From a candidate division CPR3 bacterium GWF2_35_18 (GTDB taxonomy: Bacteria > Patescibacteriota > CPR3 > GWF2-35-18): a DNA stretch of 64,000 nucleotides. The stretch is from contig MESW01000003.1 in assembly GCA_001771135.1 (NCBI GenBank), positions 72,719 through 136,718 of the forward strand. The letters run 5' to 3'. The translations under genes and the position numbers were made by a program. The notes under the pieces are model-generated. The model had not been told where the DNA came from, did not search any database, and saw nothing but the letters and a program-made list of their open reading frames with translations. This document shows positions 58,222-64,000 of the stretch, piece by piece (positions within the stretch are counted from its first letter, which is position 1; each line of letters begins with the position of its first letter).

Positions 58222-59157
58222 TTAATCTTTTTGGTCTTTATCCAAATATTCACTGATCTTATTTGCAATTATAGAAGCAACCGAAAACACTCTCATCTTT
58301 GGAGATTTAAACTGCTCTAATATTGGAATCGTATTTGTTATGAAAAGACTATCTATCTCACTATCTGCTAATTTTTGATAAGTTTCCGGAATTGGAAAAA
58401 GGTGAGTAATACAATCAGTATACGAAAGTGCTCCAAAGTTTTTAAGTAATTGCGCGGCTTTGATTCTGGTTGTTCCAGTTGAAGCAAAATCGTCAAAAGA
58501 AACAATGTGTTTTCCCTTGAATTCTCCAGTTAAGTGATGAAAAGTAACCTCGCCAGTTTTCCGATCACGACTTTTATCAAATTTAATAAGCGGTAATTTT
58601 AATTCCGAAGCAAATTGAATAGCTCTTTCTTCCGCACCTTTATCCAAACAGGCAACGACCATACCTTGCAGATTTTGTTTTTGAAAATATTCAATAAAAA
58701 GTGACATGGCACTTAAATTATTAATGGGAATATTAAAAGTTTTGATGACCTCCTCCGAATGAATATCAAAAGCCCAAAGTTCATCAATTCCCGCAGACTC
58801 AATCAATTTTGCTACCAAAGCAATTGATAACGGCTCTCCTTTTCTAAAAATCTTATCTTGAGGAGAATAACAAAGCCAAGGAGTCACAGCCACTATTTTT
58901 TTCACTCCAATTCTTTTTAACGCATCTGCGATTAAACACAACTCCATCAGGTTATCGTTTACTGGTTTTGATAGGGTTTGAAGAACAAAAACAACATTTT
59001 TATCTTTTACATCTGTATCCTGAACATAAACTCTGATCTCTGAATTGGCGAAACGGGTTAGTTCAACCTGCACATGAAAGATATGCAGGAGTTTTTCGAT
59101 TTCAGTATTTAGAACTGAATGAGAATTTCCGGTTACCAATGAAAAATTGTGTTGCAT
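58222..59157 (-). CDS. prs: Ribose-phosphate pyrophosphokinase
   Basis: N-terminal Prs domain and the PRPP-binding loop FDDFASTGTT. Confidence 0.85.
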   Translation of the reverse strand: MQHNFSLVTGNSHSVLNTEIEKLLHIFHVQVELTRFANSEIRVYVQDTDVKDKNVVFVLQTLSKPVNDNLMELCLIADALKRIGVKKIVAVTPWLCYSPQDKIFRKGEPLSIALVAKLIESAGIDELWAFDIHSEEVIKTFNIPINNLSAMSLFIEYFQKQNLQGMVVACLDKGAEERAIQFASELKLPLIKFDKSRDRKTGEVTFHHLTGEFKGKHIVSFDDFASTGTTRIKAAQLLKNFGALSYTDCITHLFPIPETYQKLADSEIDSLFITNTIPILEQFKSPKMRVFSVASIIANKISEYLDKDQKD

Positions 59158-59163
59158 CTTTAT

Positions 59164-59895
59164 TTAATCCTCAAGTAATTTTCTCAAATAACCGCAATAT
59201 TCAAAAAACTCGGGGTTTAACCTGAGATCTTGGTTCTTTAATTTTGAAATTTTGATATCTACAATCTCTTTAATTTTACCGTTTAGAGACATTACTACTA
59301 CTTTTTCAGAAAGAAAAACTGCCTCGAAAATACTATGGGTAATAAAAACAATTGTCTGTTTCTGTTTTTTCCAGATCGAAAGTAATTCTTCACCTAGTTT
59401 TTCCTTAGTAATCTCATCCAAATTTGCAAATGGTTCATCCATCAAAAGTAATTCTGGGCCCATAACAAGTCCACGCGCTAAAGCTGTTTTTTGCTGCATC
59501 CCACCAGAAACATTTTCCGGATAAAAGTCTTTAAACTTTAACAAACCAACTTTATTTAAAACTGCGTCTACCTTTTTACTATCTTTTCTTTTTTTAATTT
59601 CTAGAGGTAAATTAACATTTTGCCAAATGGTTCGCCATGGAAACAAATTTGGCTCCTGAAAGATATAACCATAATTACTTAACTCTCGATACTCTCTTGG
59701 CGTTTTCCCATCAATTAGAACTTCTCCTGAATAATCGTTGATAAGATCGGCAATAATTTTTAGCAAAGTCGTCTTTCCACAACCTGAAGGGCCGATTATC
59801 GAAATAAACTCACCTTTATTAATGTATAAATTCACATTCAGTAAAGCTTGGTGTTTTGAAGGATGAGTATATGAAAGATTCGTAATTCTAATCAT
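59164..59895 (-). CDS. ABC transporter ATP-binding protein (NitT/TauT family-like). No adjacent permease.
   Basis: Walker A GPSGCGKTT, signature LSGGMQQK and Walker B LLLMDEP. Confidence 0.8.
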   Translation of the reverse strand: MIRITNLSYTHPSKHQALLNVNLYINKGEFISIIGPSGCGKTTLLKIIADLINDYSGEVLIDGKTPREYRELSNYGYIFQEPNLFPWRTIWQNVNLPLEIKKRKDSKKVDAVLNKVGLLKFKDFYPENVSGGMQQKTALARGLVMGPELLLMDEPFANLDEITKEKLGEELLSIWKKQKQTIVFITHSIFEAVFLSEKVVVMSLNGKIKEIVDIKISKLKNQDLRLNPEFFEYCGYLRKLLED

Positions 59896-59923
59896 TTTTC
59901 TATTCCTTAGCAGCCTGATCCTA

Positions 59924-60313
59924 TTATCTTCTAAATCTCGAAAAAGACATCACTTTACTCGTATCTTTATTATCAGAAGCATTACTACTTTGGATTTTAG
60001 AATTATTCCTCTGAGACTCAATTGCTTCTTTTAATTTGAGAGCTTGTCTGGTATCCATCTCAGGTATTTCAAAAATCTGTCTTTTAGCTGTCGAAATCGT
60101 CACATTTCGAGACATCGGATCGAAGGTTCGATCATCAACTGAAACTCTAATATCAGTAACGTCTTTATAATCAACTTGGCTTCGCAATGACTGATAAGCA
60201 AATTTCTGGTCTACTTGAATTTTATTATCTCGAATACTCACAGAGTGAGTTTGTGGCTTGTTAGTATATTGTGCCAAAGGTCGAATTGAAATTCTTCCGG
60301 GTAGTTTTACCAT
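59924..60313 (-). CDS. Hypothetical protein (129 aa), possibly PH/GRAM-like
   Basis: ORF with a reasonable start. No recognisable motif. Confidence 0.4.
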   Translation of the reverse strand: MVKLPGRISIRPLAQYTNKPQTHSVSIRDNKIQVDQKFAYQSLRSQVDYKDVTDIRVSVDDRTFDPMSRNVTISTAKRQIFEIPEMDTRQALKLKEAIESQRNNSKIQSSNASDNKDTSKVMSFSRFRR

Positions 60314-60435
60314 GATTTAATATTTCTCATTCACAAAATCGTCACCTTTTAATAAATCTTAGATGACTCTTTGGTTTGATATCTCCTATGATAAATTTAA
60401 GTCTAGTGTAACAGATTTGGAGACTGAAAAAAAGT

Positions 60436-63400
60436 TTATGAAGTTAAAATTTTCTGAATCTCATCTTGAAGCTCAGAGCATTTTTCTACTCGCATTGGAA
60501 GTTTCATTTTACGTGTCCTTTTAATATCTGGAATAATAAGCAAAACTTCTACAATTCCCGGATAGGCATTCAAAATCTGATACAACTGCACTAGTTTCTC
60601 TCGCTTAAAACCGTTTGGAATTTCAATTTCCATAACATCTTCAGTGCTATTTTTTGATGAATTTACTTTATCTGAAATTTTTTGATTTAACTTCGCGGTA
60701 TCTTTTGAACCATTATTCTTGAATCCATTTTTACGCTGACCGTTTTTCAAAAAACCATTTTCATCTAAAGTTTCTGTACTAACTGTTTCTGCTTCTGATA
60801 GTAGTTTTGCACTATCAGCCAAAACTTTGATCGCGCCATCTTTGTTATCAATTTTCCCTTTCACCGCAATAATCTGATCTTCTTTCCAAACCTCTTTATT
60901 CTCCGAAAAAACTTTTGGAAAAACAATCACTTCCAGATTTCCAGTTTCATCTTCAAACTTTACAAAAGCCATTTCACTGTTGTTTTTACGCGTAAAGATT
61001 TTACGAACACTCGTAATCATTCCTGCCAAAATGACCTGTCGTCCGACATGTTCATTTGGATCAAGCTCTCCAACTTGATGGGTCCTTTTGATAATAAGTT
61101 CGTTCATGACCGTTTTAAGTGGATGGTCAGAAAGATAAATTCCCATCAATTCCTTCTCCCAAGAGAGTATTTGCTTACGATCAAATTCCTCAATTTCGGG
61201 AAGAGTAATTGTGTTCCCGACATCTTCCTCTTCTCCAAAAAGACCAACCATTCCTTTTTCTTCATCTTTTTTCTTGGTATGAGATATACTGATAATCTGT
61301 TCTACCACCTTAAGTTGTGCCGCTCGAGAACCAAAATCATCACAAGCACCGCTTTTAATCAAACTTTCCAAGACTCTTTTATTTATAACTCCTAAATCAA
61401 TTTTGGTACAAAAATCATTTAGTGATTGGTAAGTCTTTTCCTGACGGTTCTCAATAATTGATTCTATCGCTCCTGTTCCGACGTTTTTAATTCCGGATAG
61501 TCCAAAGCGTATTGATTTTCCATCAATGGAAAATCTTTTATAAGAATAATTTACGTTAGGAGGAAAAACATCAATTCCCATGCGACGACACTCATTAATA
61601 ATTAATGCTAATTTGTCTTTATTGTGGGCTTCAGCCGAAAGCAAAGCGGTCATAAATTCAATGGGATAATGCACCTTCATATAGGCAGTTTGATAAGCAA
61701 TCATGGCATAACAAACTGAGTGAGCCTTTCCAAAACCATAACCGGCAAAACGTTCCATCATATCAAAAATCTCTTCAGCCGTTTTACTATTGTAGCCTTT
61801 CTGGCTTGCTCCTTTGACAAATTTAACGCGTTCTTTTTTCATAAGCTCTTTCTTCTTCTTTCCCATCGCTTTTCGTAATTTGTCTGCTTCTCCTAAGGAA
61901 TAACCGCCCATCTTCGCCGCGATTAACATGACCTGCTCCTGATACAAAGGAATTCCGTAAGACTCTTCCAAGATATCCTTCAAATCTGGATGAGGATAAT
62001 GAATAAGTGAAGGATCATGTTTTGAGGAAACAAATTGCGGAATAAGCTCCATCGGCCCAGGACGATAAAGAGCTACTAAGGCTGCGATATCCATGAAGCG
62101 ATTTGGTCTTAAATCTTTGGCCACCCGACGCATCCCCGAACTTTCCATTTGGAAAATCCCCATAGTTTCTCCAGAGGCGATAAGATCAAAAACTTTTTGA
62201 TCATCAAGAGCAATTTTAAGTAAATCTATCTCTTTATTTTGATTATATTTAACAAGTTCAACACTACGACTTAAAGTGGTTAAATTGCGTAAACCCAAAA
62301 GATCAAATTTCAGAAGTCCGATCGCTTCTTCAGAAACATTCAAATCAAGACAGTACATATCGTATTGAGTAATAATTCGTTCACCCTTGCTCTCTCGAGT
62401 CAAAGGAACGTAGTTGGTTATTTCTTTATCGGACACTACCAAAGCTGCCGCGTGAGTGGAAGCATGACGAGAAACTCCTTCAACCTTTTTTGCCAACCGA
62501 ATAAGCCTGGCAATTTCTGGCTCATGTGAAACTTCTTTAAGTTCAGCCACCTGTCCCAATGCCTCCTCAATTGAATTCCCTTGGGGAATAAGTTTCGCAA
62601 TTTTGTCCGGAGTAGAATAAGGCATGCCCAAAGCTCTTCCCACATCGCGAATCGCCGCTCTGGCTTCCATCTTTCCAAAGGTGATTACCTGTGCCGCGTG
62701 GTCATTACCATATTTTTCTGTAATGTAAGCAATAATTTCATCGCGACGAACATCTTCAAAGTCAAGATCAATATCCGGAGGAGAAGGGCGTTCCGGATTC
62801 AAAAATCTTTCAAACGGAATGTTATAATCAAGAGGATTAATGTCGGTTATTTTCATAGAGTATGAAACCAAACTACCAGCAGCAGAACCACGTCCTGGAC
62901 CAACTGATATTTTTTGATTTTTACCCCAAGTGACAAAATCAGAAACGATTAAAAAATAGGCGCTATAACCTTTAGAATCAATAACTTCAAGTTCATAATC
63001 CATTCTTTTTTTCATCACCTCGTTAATATTCCCGGCTCTTTCTTTCAAACCCGCATAACTTCTTTCACGAAGTAAGCTTTTATATGTTTCTCCTTTTGAG
63101 AGAGGAAATACTGGCATAATCATCTTTCCGATTGGAATTTGGAGTTTACATTGCTCCGCAATCCTAACAGTATTCCTTAGAGCTTCCGGATGATCATGAA
63201 AAAGCAAATTCATTTCAGTAGGACTACGGAAGTAATAATCAGGAGTATCGATCATGGAAAGGTGGCGATCTTTATCAAGGATAGTTTTTTGTGTTTGAAT
63301 ACACAAAAGAATCTCCTGAGCTTCAGCGTCTTCTGGATTCAAATAGTGAATATCGTTAGTGGCAACAAGAGGGAGATCGAGTTTTTTACTTAAATCAATA

Positions 63401-63969
63401 ATCCTTTTATTTGCAATATCCTGTTTTTCAAAACGGTGCTTTTGAATTTCCAAATAGAAATGATCTTTTCCAAAAAGTTCAGCATAAAACTTGGCTTTTT
63501 TTTCTGCTTCTTCATATTGTTCTTGCATTAAAGGCTTCATTACAACACCATTTAAACAAGCAGATAGCGCAATTAGTCCTTCATGATATTTTGTAAGTAA
63601 CTCCATATCAATTCTCGGTCTATAATAAAATCCGTCCAGATGAGCTTTGGTAACAAGTTTCAATAGATTCTGATAACCCGTCTCGTTTTTGGCAAGTAAA
63701 ACAATATGTGAGGGATAACGGTCAAGATTGGGATCTTTATCAATATGGTTTCGCGGGGCAATATACATTTCGCAACCAATAATTGGATTTACTTTATTTT
63801 TCCTGGCTTCTACATAGAAAGGAATTACTCCGTACATCGATCCGTGATCTGTAATTGCCAAACTGTCCATACCATACTCAACCGCTTTTCCCACAAATTG
63901 CGGAATTTTACAAAGTCCATCCAATAATGAATATTCAGTATGATTGTGAAGATGAATAAAATCAGCCAT
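60436..63969 (-). CDS. dnaE: DNA polymerase III alpha subunit
   Basis: N-terminal PHP domain (HLHNHTEYSLLDG) with polymerase palm/fingers and an OB fold. 1177 aa. Confidence 0.92.
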   Translation of the reverse strand: MADFIHLHNHTEYSLLDGLCKIPQFVGKAVEYGMDSLAITDHGSMYGVIPFYVEARKNKVNPIIGCEMYIAPRNHIDKDPNLDRYPSHIVLLAKNETGYQNLLKLVTKAHLDGFYYRPRIDMELLTKYHEGLIALSACLNGVVMKPLMQEQYEEAEKKAKFYAELFGKDHFYLEIQKHRFEKQDIANKRIIDLSKKLDLPLVATNDIHYLNPEDAEAQEILLCIQTQKTILDKDRHLSMIDTPDYYFRSPTEMNLLFHDHPEALRNTVRIAEQCKLQIPIGKMIMPVFPLSKGETYKSLLRERSYAGLKERAGNINEVMKKRMDYELEVIDSKGYSAYFLIVSDFVTWGKNQKISVGPGRGSAAGSLVSYSMKITDINPLDYNIPFERFLNPERPSPPDIDLDFEDVRRDEIIAYITEKYGNDHAAQVITFGKMEARAAIRDVGRALGMPYSTPDKIAKLIPQGNSIEEALGQVAELKEVSHEPEIARLIRLAKKVEGVSRHASTHAAALVVSDKEITNYVPLTRESKGERIITQYDMYCLDLNVSEEAIGLLKFDLLGLRNLTTLSRSVELVKYNQNKEIDLLKIALDDQKVFDLIASGETMGIFQMESSGMRRVAKDLRPNRFMDIAALVALYRPGPMELIPQFVSSKHDPSLIHYPHPDLKDILEESYGIPLYQEQVMLIAAKMGGYSLGEADKLRKAMGKKKKELMKKERVKFVKGASQKGYNSKTAEEIFDMMERFAGYGFGKAHSVCYAMIAYQTAYMKVHYPIEFMTALLSAEAHNKDKLALIINECRRMGIDVFPPNVNYSYKRFSIDGKSIRFGLSGIKNVGTGAIESIIENRQEKTYQSLNDFCTKIDLGVINKRVLESLIKSGACDDFGSRAAQLKVVEQIISISHTKKKDEEKGMVGLFGEEEDVGNTITLPEIEEFDRKQILSWEKELMGIYLSDHPLKTVMNELIIKRTHQVGELDPNEHVGRQVILAGMITSVRKIFTRKNNSEMAFVKFEDETGNLEVIVFPKVFSENKEVWKEDQIIAVKGKIDNKDGAIKVLADSAKLLSEAETVSTETLDENGFLKNGQRKNGFKNNGSKDTAKLNQKISDKVNSSKNSTEDVMEIEIPNGFKREKLVQLYQILNAYPGIVEVLLIIPDIKRTRKMKLPMRVEKCSELQDEIQKILTS

Positions 63970-64000
63970 AAGTATAAAACCTAAAATTTGGAATAATTAT

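Overview
AT-rich window, almost all genes on the minus strand. Gene content and organisation look like a small-genome bacterium, probably Patescibacteria/CPR-like. This rests on several archaeal-type metabolic enzymes, two LPXTG-anchored giant surface proteins, and ribosomal protein L19 with an N-terminal extension; it is an inference. Stop codons appear standard. Contents: (1) a glycolytic/gluconeogenic cluster (ADP-forming acetyl-CoA synthetase, GatZ/KbaZ-type class II aldolase, class I FBPase, iPGM, enolase, PEP synthase, cupin-type PGI, IMPase-family phosphatase, phosphohexomutase); (2) a folate/C1 cluster (folC, 5-formyl-THF cyclo-ligase, glyA, gdh, folD, monofunctional riboflavin kinase); (3) a complete F-type ATP synthase operon atpZ-B-E-F-H-A-G-D-C whose delta subunit is reduced to its C-terminal domain (71 aa); (4) t6A biosynthesis genes (tsaD plus a TsaC-TsaE fusion); (5) housekeeping genes (lon, trmD, archaeal-type MAT, ppaC, typA, rnhB, rplS, prs, dnaE); (6) two paralogous giant multi-propeller cell-surface proteins (1667 aa and 885 aa) sharing a C-terminal module of Ig-like and two Big_5-like domains ending in an LPXTG sorting signal. 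Most unusual observations: a compact sequence with all conserved core nucleotides of a type III hammerhead ribozyme (minus strand, ~53089-53147), flanked by a promoter-like -10 and an intrinsic terminator, just upstream of the tsaC-tsaE fusion; a ~780-bp higher-GC segment of fragmented ORFs between the radical-SAM gene and the atp operon; a GNAT acetyltransferase gene bracketed by a degenerate 34-bp copy of the lon 3' end next to tRNA-Glu; a 15-bp duplicate of the tRNA-Lys 5' end inside an inverted-repeat structure; and several sub-60-aa hydrophobic ORFs with good Shine-Dalgarno sites. No CRISPR array or intact transposase was found.
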